A stretch of DNA of 64,000 nt, from contig CASECZ010000001.1 of assembly GCA_949286725.1 (NCBI GenBank), forward strand, positions 259,204 to 323,203, written 5' to 3'. Of this stretch, positions 38,217-47,402 are shown piece by piece. The DNA comes from an uncultured Clostridia bacterium (GTDB taxonomy: Bacteria > Bacillota > Clostridia > Christensenellales > CAG-917). Within the stretch, counting starts at the first letter, position 1, and each line of letters begins with the position of its first letter. The notes under the pieces were generated by a model. That model had not been told where the DNA came from. It made no database searches and was given only the letters and a program-made list of their open reading frames with translations. A program made the position numbers and the translations under genes.

Positions 38217-40093
38217 AACTTTATAATCTCTCCGAGCCGTTTAGCCGTGTAGTCGCCGAACGAAAGCAGTTTGCCCCTGAATTCGTCCGACACGATGAAA
38301 TCGAGAAATGCGCGGATACGTTCGTCGTTCAGGGACTCTTCGCGCATAAGAAAGTCGTATTCTTCGTCGTAAAGGGGCACGAAATCCAGCCCCAGACAGT
38401 TGGCCGCGCTTCCGACGCCCAGACCGACGTCCGCCGCGCCGCATTCAACCGCCATACCGACGGCAAGGTGCGTGGAATATTCCTTTGCGTACCCGTCGAC
38501 GTCATCGGGCTTGAAACCGCCCTGCGCCAGCATATAGTCGAAAAGCAAACGGGTGCCCGCGCCGCGCTGACGGTTGGCAAAACGGAAGCCGCCTTTCACG
38601 ATATCCGCAACGCTCTTGATATTCTTGGGGTTGCCCTTGGGAAGCATAAGTCCCTGCGTTCTGCCCACGCCTTTGACGAGCACCATTTTCTCACCTGCGA
38701 AATATTTGCGGATATAAGGAATGTTGTACTCGCCGCTCTCCGCATCGAGCAAATGCACGGGCGCAATGTGGCACTCTCCTTTCTGCAAAGCGTAAATGCC
38801 GCCCATACTGCCGACGTGTGCGCTGCTGACGGGTATCTTCTCGCCTATGACGTCGATGACAAGGTCGTGACTGCCTATTATGACGAGATTTTTTTCTATC
38901 TGCGAAAGTGGCTTGCGCAGTTCGACTTCCACTTCCGCGCCGCCCTCATAACCTTCGGAATATCTGTCGACGAACATAAGCCCGTCGGCTTTGACGAGGC
39001 TCATAATCTGCGCCGCGCCGCGTTCGAGCGGAGTGGCGACGAGTTTGCCGCCGACCTTGCCGAGCGACATACGCACGTATTCGGCGTTTTTGAGCGAACT
39101 GACGACGTTGCGCGTAAGCGTGGCGCGCACCGTGCGACGGTCGTCGCCCGACTGTCCCAGCATACGCAGTATCACGGGACGGACAAACAACTCGAAAACG
39201 AGATACGCCGACACGGGATACCCCGGCACGCCGATGACGGGTTTGCCCTTCGCCCTTGCCAGAATCGTGGGTTTGCCGGGCTTGATGGCGAACCCGTGCA
39301 GGAACACTTCGCCCGCCTCTTCCATCACGTCGACGGCGTAATCCTTCGTGCCCGCCGAACTGCCCGCATTGACGATGACAAGGTCGCATTCGCTCAAAGC
39401 GGCATTTAATGCGGTCGATAACGCACTTTTAACGTCTTTTACGGTCGGATAGCGTTTTCCGACACCGCCGCATTCGCCTATGAGCGCGCAGAACATACGC
39501 GAGTTGCTTTCCATAAGTTTACCGCTTGCGAGCAAGGACGGGTCTTCCACCATTTCGTCGCCCGTCGTTATGACGCCGACCACCGGTTTTTTGAGTACGG
39601 GGATTTCGATATTGCCCGACGCGAATATCGCGCCGACGTCCACGGGGCGTATCTTTCTGCCCGCGGGCAACACCATTTCGCCCGCGACTATGCTCTCGCC
39701 TTTGACCCTGACGTGCTGCCACGGATAGGCGGGTGCGGTGATTTCCACCTTGCCGTCACCGAGTTCCGTCACGTCCTCTATCATTATGACCGCGTCGAAA
39801 CGGGGGTCGATTGCGTTGCCCGTGTTGACGTAAACGAAAGTTTGATTTTCAACGAGCGCCAGCGGACTTTTTTCCGTCGCCGAAGCCGTTGCCGCCGCGC
39901 TCACGGCAATGCCGTCCATTGCCGCCGCGTTGTACATCGGGTCGCACACCTTCGCAAACACGGTCTGCGCCGTGACGCGCCCGCAGGCGTCCGCCGTGGG
40001 TATCGTTTCCTCGCCGACCGTGACGTCCCCGAGATATGCGAGATAGTCGTCGAAACGCGAAACGTCGTTGTTGCTGATATAGGTCTTTCTCAT
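38210..40093 (-). CDS. moeA: MoeA-family molybdopterin/tungstopterin metal-insertase fused to a C-terminal periplasmic-binding-protein-like (oxyanion-binding type) domain
   Basis: MoeA core (AAMDGIAV..., ITTGDEMV, SAGTKDY, AIKPGKPT) followed by ~220 aa of PBP-like sequence (LVIIGSHD...RQRGAGTRLLFD). The true start is the ATG at 40093, overlapping the upstream stop (ATGA). The 991-aa track ORF is an artefactual extension. Confidence 0.85.
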   Translation of the reverse strand: MRKTYISNNDVSRFDDYLAYLGDVTVGEETIPTADACGRVTAQTVFAKVCDPMYNAAAMDGIAVSAAATASATEKSPLALVENQTFVYVNTGNAIDPRFDAVIMIEDVTELGDGKVEITAPAYPWQHVRVKGESIVAGEMVLPAGRKIRPVDVGAIFASGNIEIPVLKKPVVGVITTGDEMVEDPSLLASGKLMESNSRMFCALIGECGGVGKRYPTVKDVKSALSTALNAALSECDLVIVNAGSSAGTKDYAVDVMEEAGEVFLHGFAIKPGKPTILARAKGKPVIGVPGYPVSAYLVFELFVRPVILRMLGQSGDDRRTVRATLTRNVVSSLKNAEYVRMSLGKVGGKLVATPLERGAAQIMSLVKADGLMFVDRYSEGYEGGAEVEVELRKPLSQIEKNLVIIGSHDLVIDVIGEKIPVSSAHVGSMGGIYALQKGECHIAPVHLLDAESGEYNIPYIRKYFAGEKMVLVKGVGRTQGLMLPKGNPKNIKSVADIVKGGFRFANRQRGAGTRLLFDYMLAQGGFKPDDVDGYAKEYSTHLAVGMAVECGAADVGLGVGSAANCLGLDFVPLYDEEYDFLMREESLNDERIRAFLDFIVSDEFRGKLLSFGDYTAKRLGEIIKLC

Positions 40094-41292
40094 ATTGCGT
40101 ATATCTCCAATCGTTCCCCTTTGTAGACGCCTTCCGCGCTGTCGGGCAGCACGGCAAAGCCGTCGCACTCCGCAAGGACGCTTATCATTCCCGATTTGTA
40201 AAACAGGGGTTTTGCCTTGACCGCGCCCTCGGACACGGACAGTTTCACGGGCATAACGCAGGCTCTGCCACGTCCTCCCGCGAAGTTGACCTCCGCCTCG
40301 GCGAACAGAAAGCTCTGACGTTCGGCACCCGCCGCCGCGAGGTACGCCCTCTCGAAAATGAGTTTGAAGGACGTAAACGCCGCCATGGGGTGACCGGGCA
40401 ATCCGACAAGCAGTTTGTCGCCGCAGGACGCCGCGAGCGTGGGTTTTCCTGGTTTGATTGCAACCCCGTGCAGGAACACTTCGCCGAACTCGTTGAAAAG
40501 CCTTTCGGTGTAGTCCGCGATGCCGACGGAACTGCCGCCGCTCACGATGACGACGTCGGCGCAGTCCAATCCGCGGCGCACCGCGGCAGACAGCAAATCG
40601 CGGTCGTCGACCACTCTTTCGCGCCCCGCGAGTTCCCACCTTTCGCCTGCCGCGGCGGATATCAGTTCCGTGTTGACGTCGCGTATTTTGCCAGACGGAC
40701 AGGGTTCGTCGTAACCCACGAGTTCGTCGCCCGTGGATATTACGTAAAAACGCGGCTTGCGATAGACTTCCACGCGCGATATGCCCGCGGCGCACAGCGC
40801 GCCGATTTTGCAGGCGTCCAACGTATCGCCTCTTTTCAGAACAATGCCGCCTTCCTCGATGTCCTCTCCTCTTGCCGCAACGTTTTCCATATGGCGCAAA
40901 GGCGTTGACAAAAGAATTTCGTCCCCGCGTCTTTCGCAGTCCTCTATCATCGCAACGGCGTCGGCGCCTTTCGGGAGCATACCGCCCGTGGGAACGTAAA
41001 CGCAACGACCGCCGCCGACGACAAAGTCCGCGCGTTCGCCCATTTTCACCTCGCCGCAGAGTTCGAACACGGCGGGAGCCGACGCGCTTGCGGCGTTGGT
41101 GTCCGCGCAGGCGACGGCATAACCGTCCACCGTGGAACGGTCGAAAGCGGGCACGGTTTCGGGCGAAAGTACGTCCGACGCGCATATGAAACCCACGGCG
41201 GACATCGTGTCCGTCGTGGTTGAAACAAGCATACTTTCAAAACGGTGCTGAACCGCGGCAACCGCCGCGGGATAAGACAGAACTTTAAGCAT
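40090..41292 (-). CDS. moeA: MoeA-family molybdopterin molybdenum/tungsten transferase (stand-alone paralog)
   Basis: FDRSTVDGYAV, ISTGDELV, GGSSVGIADY and AIKPGKPT motifs. The start at 41292 overlaps the moaB stop. Confidence 0.85.
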   Translation of the reverse strand: MLKVLSYPAAVAAVQHRFESMLVSTTTDTMSAVGFICASDVLSPETVPAFDRSTVDGYAVACADTNAASASAPAVFELCGEVKMGERADFVVGGGRCVYVPTGGMLPKGADAVAMIEDCERRGDEILLSTPLRHMENVAARGEDIEEGGIVLKRGDTLDACKIGALCAAGISRVEVYRKPRFYVISTGDELVGYDEPCPSGKIRDVNTELISAAAGERWELAGRERVVDDRDLLSAAVRRGLDCADVVIVSGGSSVGIADYTERLFNEFGEVFLHGVAIKPGKPTLAASCGDKLLVGLPGHPMAAFTSFKLIFERAYLAAAGAERQSFLFAEAEVNFAGGRGRACVMPVKLSVSEGAVKAKPLFYKSGMISVLAECDGFAVLPDSAEGVYKGERLEIYAI

Positions 41293-41777
41293 CAGCGGGC
41301 ACACTCCCCCTCTTTGCCGCAAAGCACGTTTATGCCGTGCGCGAGAGGTCCGACCACGCAGGACAGACTTTCGGCACAGGCTTTGGGAGACCCCGGCAGA
41401 TTGAGTATCACGGTGCGCGCGCGTATGACGCAGACGCCGCGGCTCAGCATCGCGCGGTCGGTGTAGCGCATGGACTCCGCACGCATCGCCTCGGCAACGC
41501 CGGGCACGACTTTGTCCGCGACGGCGAGGGTCGCCTCGGGGGTTACGTCGCGAAGCGCGAACCCCGTACCGCCCGTCGTGACGACGAGGTTCACACCCTC
41601 GTCGGCGTACTGTTTCAAAGTCCTTTCGATGACTTCTTGCTCGTCGGGAACAATCGTACGCGAAATCACCGAGAAACCGCCCTTTTCGAGTTCCTCGGCG
41701 ACCACTCCGCCGGAGATATCCTCCCGTGTGCCTGCATATCCTTTGTCGCTTACGGTGACAACCGCTGCCGTGAACAT
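41292..41777 (-). CDS. moaB: MogA/MoaB family molybdopterin adenylyltransferase
   Basis: VTVSDKG...LVVTTGGTG...LPGSPKA motifs, 161 aa. Confidence 0.85.
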   Translation of the reverse strand: MFTAAVVTVSDKGYAGTREDISGGVVAEELEKGGFSVISRTIVPDEQEVIERTLKQYADEGVNLVVTTGGTGFALRDVTPEATLAVADKVVPGVAEAMRAESMRYTDRAMLSRGVCVIRARTVILNLPGSPKACAESLSCVVGPLAHGINVLCGKEGECAR

Positions 41778-41785
41778 TCTGCCTC

Positions 41786-42034
41786 CTAACCTCCCGACGC
41801 AGGCGACATTATGAGTACCTTGTCGCCGTCGTTGAGTTTTGTGCGGTATTTTTTCAATTCGTTGAAATTGACGTCGTTGACGATGACTATGGAATTTTTG
41901 AGGTCGCGCACGGAATAAACGGGGTTCATCTCGTTGAGTTTGCGGAACAGCTCCATAATGTCCGCGGCGTCGATTTCACATTCCTTCATCTTGTAGTTGA
42001 GTCTGTACAGCCCGAAAAATTCCACCTTAACCAT
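41786..42034 (-). CDS. moaD: MoaD/ThiS-like ubiquitin-fold sulfur carrier (C-terminal Gly-Gly)
   Basis: 82 aa ending ...DKVLIMSPASGG. Its start overlaps the AOR stop by 8 nt. Confidence 0.7.
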   Translation of the reverse strand: MVKVEFFGLYRLNYKMKECEIDAADIMELFRKLNEMNPVYSVRDLKNSIVIVNDVNFNELKKYRTKLNDGDKVLIMSPASGG

Positions 42035-44018
42035 TGACAGAACTCTCCTTTTTGACTTTGCGGCGTTTGAGATTGCGTTCGCCCTGCACTTCGAGAGGTC
42101 TTTCGCCTATGTTGTCGAGACGGTCTATGCCGTAATAGCGTTTGGTGCTCTCCTTGACAAAGCCGTTTTCGTCCCAGCCTCTGCCCTTGTAGAACTGTTT
42201 TTTGAGTGCGGCTTGCGGCACTTTGGTGCGCGGGTCGCCCTTTATCTGTTCCTCGTCGGTGAGGCGGCGCGGAAGTTTGTCGTCCTTTGCCGAAATGCCG
42301 AGACGCTGATTTATCGTGCGTTCGAGGTTGAACCCTCGCGCGCCTATGCGCATGAGGTCGCCCATCGTCAGTTTCATGCCCGTTGCGGCGTGTATGGCGA
42401 CGGGGTGCGGCAACATCGAGAAGATGTTGATGTGCGCAAGGTGCGGATATTTGTTGATGATGGCGAGCGCGGGTCCGAGATACGGCAACACCTTGTTGAC
42501 CGTCTTGGACAGCAGACTGTTGGGGCGCTTGAACAGGAAGAACGGGAAGAACGCGTACGTCGTGAACAGGCAGTTGCCGTCCGCGCTGACCGCTTCCATA
42601 AGGTTCTGGAACATAACGGCAATCTGCGCCTTGCCGTGTTTGGTGTACGGGTTTATCGTGAGACCGAGACCTTCGACGACGACTTCGTACCCCGCATTGA
42701 GGTGGCATCCGCCGCGGTTGGACACCGAGTAGCCGAGACCCTGACCGACCGCGCCGCGCGGCTCGTACGCCGAAAGTTCCATGCCCTTGACCTGAATGCA
42801 GAAGTCCTCGCCGCCGAACTCCCGCATGAGCTCTCGCGAGCCGTTGGCGAGTTTGTCGCCGACTTCGGAGGAGCGATAGGCGATTTCGTGAATTATCTGC
42901 GAGATGTTGTCGATTTTGCCGAACTCCAATCCGCAGTCCCACATGCCTTTCTCGTTGAGTTCCATGGCAAACGCGATGGTGCCCGACGCGGATATGGTAT
43001 CCATGCCGAGTTCGTCCATCTCGTAGTTCCAGCGGATAATCTTTTCTAGGTTGTCGTTCAGTATGTTCGCGCCCATAAGACCCATAATCTCGACTTCGGG
43101 TCCTTTGACGATTTTGCCGTCCACTTCGACGACGCGCGCGCACTGAATGGGACAAGTCAGACACCCTCTGTTCTTGACGAGGAATTTTTCGGCGAGTTCC
43201 TCGCCCGTGACCTTGTCGTAAAACTCGTAACGCCCCGCACCGAAGTTGCGCGTTGCGAGAATGTTTTTCTGGTTCATCGGAGCAAGCAACGCCGCCGTGC
43301 CGAGTTTGGGCAGCTGTTCGCCCGTAAGAGGGTGCGAACGCAGACGTTTCGTCCACTTCTTCTTTATCTCCTGCAAGCGTTCGGGGTCGTAAAATTCCAG
43401 CATACCCGTGCCGGTCGCAACCACGGCTTTGAGGTTCTTGCTGCCCATAACCGCGCCTACGCCGCCTCTGCCCGCCGCTCTGTCGTCGCTCACCGCGCAC
43501 GCGTACCGCACGAGGTTTTCACCCGCGGGTCCGATGACGAGTTTGGTGCCCTTTCCGCCGATTGCCGCCTGCGTATCCGCCGTCAGCATACCCCTGAAAG
43601 GCTCGGCGTCCTTGAACTCCACCCCACGCGCCGTCACGTCGAGATAGATGAATTTTTCGCTCTTGCCCGTGATTATGATTGCGTCGTAACCCGCGCGCTT
43701 CATCGCCATGGCAAAGCCGCCGCCGCAGTTCGAGGACGTGAGTATTCCCGTGAGCGGCGATATCGTACTTACGTTGAAACGCGACGACGACGGACACCCC
43801 GTGCCGTTGAGCGGACCGCTGGAAATGACGATTACGTTCTCCTCTCCGAGCGGGTCGATGGGTTTCGTGATGAAATCGTTGAGAATTCTCGCGGCGAGGA
43901 TTTTGCCGCCGAGGAAAAGCCGTCTGTCCTCGTCGTTGACGGGATATTCTTCCCACTTTTGCGAAGTAAGGTCGATTTTGATGACCTTGCCGCAATACGC
44001 ACCGTATTTAGTTGCCAT
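42027..44018 (-). CDS. aor: Aldehyde:ferredoxin oxidoreductase family tungstoenzyme
   Basis: ~660 aa. N-terminal YCGKVIKIDLTSQKWEEY, with AOR-family blocks such as GGRGGVGAVMGSKNLKA and RGGCHL. The ATG at 44018 follows GGGGGA. Confidence 0.9.
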   Translation of the reverse strand: MATKYGAYCGKVIKIDLTSQKWEEYPVNDEDRRLFLGGKILAARILNDFITKPIDPLGEENVIVISSGPLNGTGCPSSSRFNVSTISPLTGILTSSNCGGGFAMAMKRAGYDAIIITGKSEKFIYLDVTARGVEFKDAEPFRGMLTADTQAAIGGKGTKLVIGPAGENLVRYACAVSDDRAAGRGGVGAVMGSKNLKAVVATGTGMLEFYDPERLQEIKKKWTKRLRSHPLTGEQLPKLGTAALLAPMNQKNILATRNFGAGRYEFYDKVTGEELAEKFLVKNRGCLTCPIQCARVVEVDGKIVKGPEVEIMGLMGANILNDNLEKIIRWNYEMDELGMDTISASGTIAFAMELNEKGMWDCGLEFGKIDNISQIIHEIAYRSSEVGDKLANGSRELMREFGGEDFCIQVKGMELSAYEPRGAVGQGLGYSVSNRGGCHLNAGYEVVVEGLGLTINPYTKHGKAQIAVMFQNLMEAVSADGNCLFTTYAFFPFFLFKRPNSLLSKTVNKVLPYLGPALAIINKYPHLAHINIFSMLPHPVAIHAATGMKLTMGDLMRIGARGFNLERTINQRLGISAKDDKLPRRLTDEEQIKGDPRTKVPQAALKKQFYKGRGWDENGFVKESTKRYYGIDRLDNIGERPLEVQGERNLKRRKVKKESSVNG

Positions 44019-44078
44019 ATTTCCCCCTAACTGCAAACAAAAATGCACTTTGCCGCACACGCGACTAAAAAACTATAC

Positions 44079-44111
44079 TGTGATTATATCACAAGTTATA
44101 CATCCTTTCAA
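44079..44111 (-). promoter_or_regulatory. aor operon promoter (TTGAAA-17-TATAAT with a TG extension) overlapped by the palindrome TGTGAT-TAT-ATCACA
   Basis: The complement of 44106-44111 is TTGAAA and the complement of 44083-44088 is TATAAT. The inverted repeat spans 44079-44093 and covers the -10 element. Confidence 0.5.
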
Positions 44112-44167
44112 GAGCGTTTTTGCACGACGCACGCCGCGCGGACATATTTCGCCGATTCGGGCAGATA

Positions 44168-44197
44168 TTGACAAACCTGCTTTTCGGAATGTATAAT
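44168..44197 (+). promoter_or_regulatory. Promoter of the ThiF/MoeB-like gene (TTGACA-18-TATAAT)
   Basis: TTGACA at 44168-44173 and TATAAT at 44192-44197. Confidence 0.5.
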
Positions 44198-44218
44198 GTT
44201 GGAATTAAGGGGATTGAA

Positions 44219-44893
44219 ATGTTCGAAAGAGAATCCGAAAGAAGAAATATCGGCGCAATATCGCACGAACAGCAACTGCTTCTGCGCCACAAAACGGTTT
44301 TCATCGCGGGGTGCGGCGGTCTGGGCGGCTATTGTGCCGAACTGCTCTTCCGCCTCGGCATCGGCGGGCTCAATCTCTGCGACAGCGACGTATTCGAGCA
44401 AAGCAACCTCAACCGTCAGCTTTACTGCAACACCACGACGCTAGGCATAAACAAAGCCGTCGCCATTGCGCGCTATATATCCAAGAGCGCGATGAGCGAG
44501 GTCAAAAGTTTCGCCGTGCGCATAAGCGACGCCAACGCCTACGACCTGATACGCGACTGCGACCTGGTCATCGACGCGCTCGACAACGTGGAGACCCGCT
44601 TTGAACTGGAACGTGCCTGCGAGCAACGCAAAATCCCCCTCATCACGGGCGGCGTATCGCACTGGTACGGACAGATTTCCACCATATTCCCCGGCGACAA
44701 TTCAATGCAGAAAATCTACGGCAACACACCCACGCAGGACGAACCGCCCGTGCTCGCGTTCACCGCTTGCAACATAGCCTCCTTCCAAGTTGCCGAGGCG
44801 GTGCGCACTCTTTTCGGCGACCCGGGACTGCGCAAAAAACTGCTCGTCATCGACCTGTACGACCACTGCACGCGCATTCTTCCTCTCGCCTGA
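44219..44893 (+). CDS. ThiF/MoeB/HesA family E1-like adenylyltransferase
   Basis: VFIAGCGGLGGYCAELLFRLGIG nucleotide-binding fold and DSDVFEQSNLNRQ motif. The ATG at 44219 follows AAGGGG. It is divergent from the aor-moaD operon. Confidence 0.85.
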   Translation: MFERESERRNIGAISHEQQLLLRHKTVFIAGCGGLGGYCAELLFRLGIGGLNLCDSDVFEQSNLNRQLYCNTTTLGINKAVAIARYISKSAMSEVKSFAVRISDANAYDLIRDCDLVIDALDNVETRFELERACEQRKIPLITGGVSHWYGQISTIFPGDNSMQKIYGNTPTQDEPPVLAFTACNIASFQVAEAVRTLFGDPGLRKKLLVIDLYDHCTRILPLA

Positions 44894-44939
44894 CGCGGCA
44901 AAACACGGCTTTGTCAAATATCGCTAAACAAACACTTCA

Positions 44940-44968
44940 ACGCACCGTTTCGGTGCGTTTATCTTTTT
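44940..44968 (+). terminator. Terminator after the ThiF-like gene
   Basis: ACGCACCG-TTT-CGGTGCGT followed by TTATCTTTTT. Confidence 0.7.
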
Positions 44969-45066
44969 GTTCGGACAACTTTATGCAAATGCGATGTTTC
45001 GGCGACGCAAGCGGAGCCGCCTTATGTGCGTCGTAAATGAGGCGCAAAAAAAAGGCGGAAATCTGC

Positions 45067-45092
45067 AAAATAAAAACTCCGCGAAAGCGGAG
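45067..45092 (-). terminator. Terminator after the DUF3842 gene
   Basis: CTCCGC-TTTC-GCGGAG on the minus strand followed by TTTTTATTTT. Confidence 0.65.
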
Positions 45093-45136
45093 CCTTGCAA
45101 CGTGTTAAAGCGGCGGCGTCTGCCAGAAAGGGGTAC

Positions 45137-45553
45137 TCAACCCTCGGGCTTGCAGAGCGATTTGATTTTTTCCGCGGCTTCGGCAATGTTCTGCGAAAGC
45201 GTGGACGATGACACGCCGACTATTATCGTGTTGCATTTGTTGAGGGGCACGAGCACTCGCACAGCTTTGCTCGACGCGAGCGCCTGCGCCATTGACGGAG
45301 TGATTTCGCCGAGCAACGCGTCGCTCATCACCACACCGATGGGACCCGTTATCACATCGGCGGTGCGTGCGTTGCAGACTATCGCATTCTCGCCCGTGGC
45401 GGAGTGGTCCGCACCCGCTTTGTGCATATTCGCGGACGCGGCGGCATTTGTGCCGCAGGCGTATATTTCGTCTTTTACCCCGACGGCTCGCAGGGCTTCG
45501 ATTATGCTTTTGCCTATTCCTCCGCCCTGTCCGTCGACAACAAGAATTTTCAT
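45137..45553 (-). CDS. DUF3842-like small protein
   Basis: 138 aa. MKILVVDGQGGGIGKSI N-terminus as in DUF3842 family proteins (recalled from memory, not searched). Confidence 0.65.
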   Translation of the reverse strand: MKILVVDGQGGGIGKSIIEALRAVGVKDEIYACGTNAAASANMHKAGADHSATGENAIVCNARTADVITGPIGVVMSDALLGEITPSMAQALASSKAVRVLVPLNKCNTIIVGVSSSTLSQNIAEAAEKIKSLCKPEG

Positions 45554-45652
45554 AGTTTCAACTTAACACACCGCCGCGGCAAAAGTCAACTTGTTGCGCA
45601 TCACAGTTTGAGGCAAAACAAACTTAAACCGCCGTTTTGTGCGCTGCGCGTG

Positions 45653-45681
45653 TTGACAGGCACGCACGCGACTGCTATACT
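45653..45681 (+). promoter_or_regulatory. Promoter of the Nik/Opp-type importer-lar operon (TTGACA-17-TATACT)
   Basis: TTGACA at 45653-45658 and TATACT at 45676-45681. A ~110-nt leader follows. Confidence 0.5.
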
Positions 45682-45796
45682 GTTTAAGTCCGAAAGACGT
45701 CACGAAGGCGTCGCCGAAAAAGGACGCGAAACTCACAATCATAAGTCACGAAGGCTTGTTCTATATCGCAGTAGAATAAGTCTTTTCTTTTTGCCT

Positions 45797-46717
45797 ATGT
45801 TGCTTGAAGTCGAACACCTCTACATCACCGCAGAAATGAGCCGCGGCACGAACGTGATCGTGTCCGACCTTTCCTTTTCTCTCGACAAAGGGGAAAGGCT
45901 TGCGGTGGTCGGCGAAAGCGGTTGCGGCAAGACCATGACTGCCATGGCGATAACGGGACTTCTGCCCCGCAACTGCAAGCGCGCGGGCAAAATCCTGTTC
46001 GACGGCACGGACCTCGTTTCGGCACGCGAGCGCGATTTGCGCGCATTGCGCGGCAAGGACGTCGTGCTCGTGCCGCAAAGCGGCGGCGAATTTCTCAATC
46101 CCTCGCTTACGGTCGGGACGCAACTTGCCGAATGCCTGAAAAAGGCGGGTTTCAAAGGTATAAAGGAAAGACGGGAGCTCGCTCTGGCGCGACTGCGCGA
46201 CGCGGGGTTGGACGACGCGGAAAACGCAATCGGGAAATATCCTTTCCAGCTTTCGGGCGGACAGGCGCAGAAGGTCGTGCTTGCCGCCGCGCTGTGCGGC
46301 AATCCGCGCCTCGTCATCGCCGACGAACCCACCAAAGGCATCGACGAGGCGGGCGCGATGAAGTTCATCGACGGATTGAACGAACTCTTCCCTTCCGCCG
46401 CCGTTCTCGTCATCACCCACAACGTGAGCGTCGCGAAGAAGTGCTCGCGCGTGCTCGTGATGTACAAGGGCGAACTTATGGAATACGGCGACACGGGCAA
46501 AGTGCTGTCCGCGCCGTCGCACCCTTACACTCGTTCGCTGACGGAAGCCCTGCCCGAAAACGGTTTTCGTCCCTGCCCCGTTCTGCGCGAAGGCGGAACG
46601 GGATGCGCGTTTTACCGTCGTTGTCCGCTGGCAACGGAGGAATGCGCCGCGGCAAAGCCGTCCCCCGAAGAGTGCGACGGCGTGACGAGGAGGTGTTTCA
46701 ATGCTGACGGCAGATAA
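45797..46717 (+). CDS. Peptide/nickel ABC transporter ATPase (NikD/OppD-like)
   Basis: Walker A GESGCGKT, LSGGQAQK, IADEPTKG, and a Cys-rich OppD-type C-terminus. The start at the ATG at 45797 has no obvious RBS. The track extension is rejected. Confidence 0.8.
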   Translation: MLLEVEHLYITAEMSRGTNVIVSDLSFSLDKGERLAVVGESGCGKTMTAMAITGLLPRNCKRAGKILFDGTDLVSARERDLRALRGKDVVLVPQSGGEFLNPSLTVGTQLAECLKKAGFKGIKERRELALARLRDAGLDDAENAIGKYPFQLSGGQAQKVVLAAALCGNPRLVIADEPTKGIDEAGAMKFIDGLNELFPSAAVLVITHNVSVAKKCSRVLVMYKGELMEYGDTGKVLSAPSHPYTRSLTEALPENGFRPCPVLREGGTGCAFYRRCPLATEECAAAKPSPEECDGVTRRCFNADGR

Positions 46718-47402
46718 CGTAAGCAAGAGTTTCAAACTGCCCGGCGGCGGCATATGTTCTCCTCTCAAAGGGGTGTCTCTCGTCGTGGGCGAAGGCGAAA
46801 AGGTCGCCGTCGTCGGCAAGAGCGGAGAGGGCAAAAGCACGCTTGCCCGCATAATCTGCGGGCTTACGCCGCCCGACGGCGGCAATGTGTACGTCGACGG
46901 CAAACCGCTGTTCGACGCAAAACGTCGTTACGACAGAGTTACGGGCAAGACCGTGCAGGTCGTGCCGCAACATCCGTTTGCGTCGCTCGACCCCGTTCAG
47001 CCGGTAGGCCGCGCAATCTCCGAAGCTTTGCGCGTATCCCGTCGCGCCGCCGACCGAAGTCAGGCACAGCGTATGACGGAAGAGTTGCTCGAATGCGTGC
47101 AACTGGAAAAGGATATAGCAACGCGCGTTCCCGCGCAGATTTCGGGAGGACAGGCACAGCGTATCGCCATTGCGCGGGCTCTCGCCGTAAATCCGTCCGT
47201 GCTCATCTCGGACGAGGCGACGGCAATGCTCGACGTATCGTCGCAGGCGCAGATACTCGCACTGTTCGACCGACTGGTAACTACACGGAAGTTATCCGTA
47301 CTGTTCATCTCCCACGACGAAGCGGTGGTTGAAGCGTTTGCGGACAGACGCTATCGATTGACGGACGGCATACTCTGCGAAATCGTAAAGGAGACACAAT
47401 GA
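46701..47402 (+). CDS. Peptide/nickel ABC transporter ATPase (NikE/OppF-like)
   Basis: Walker A GKSGEGKST, ISGGQAQR, ISDEATAMLD. GAGGAGG RBS. Confidence 0.85.
   Translation: MLTADNVSKSFKLPGGGICSPLKGVSLVVGEGEKVAVVGKSGEGKSTLARIICGLTPPDGGNVYVDGKPLFDAKRRYDRVTGKTVQVVPQHPFASLDPVQPVGRAISEALRVSRRAADRSQAQRMTEELLECVQLEKDIATRVPAQISGGQAQRIAIARALAVNPSVLISDEATAMLDVSSQAQILALFDRLVTTRKLSVLFISHDEAVVEAFADRRYRLTDGILCEIVKETQ

Noticed and set aside
40094-41185. N-terminal 360-aa Arg-rich extension of the 991-aa track ORF (38210..41185)
   Set aside because: It overlaps the stand-alone moeA in another frame and has a junk-like composition. A clean ATG with ATGA coupling at 40093 begins the recognisable MoeA sequence.
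44079-44093. Calling the aor-promoter palindrome a CRP or Rex operator
   Set aside because: The half-sites match, but the spacing between TGTGA and TCACA is 5 nt rather than 6. It is kept as an unassigned operator candidate instead.
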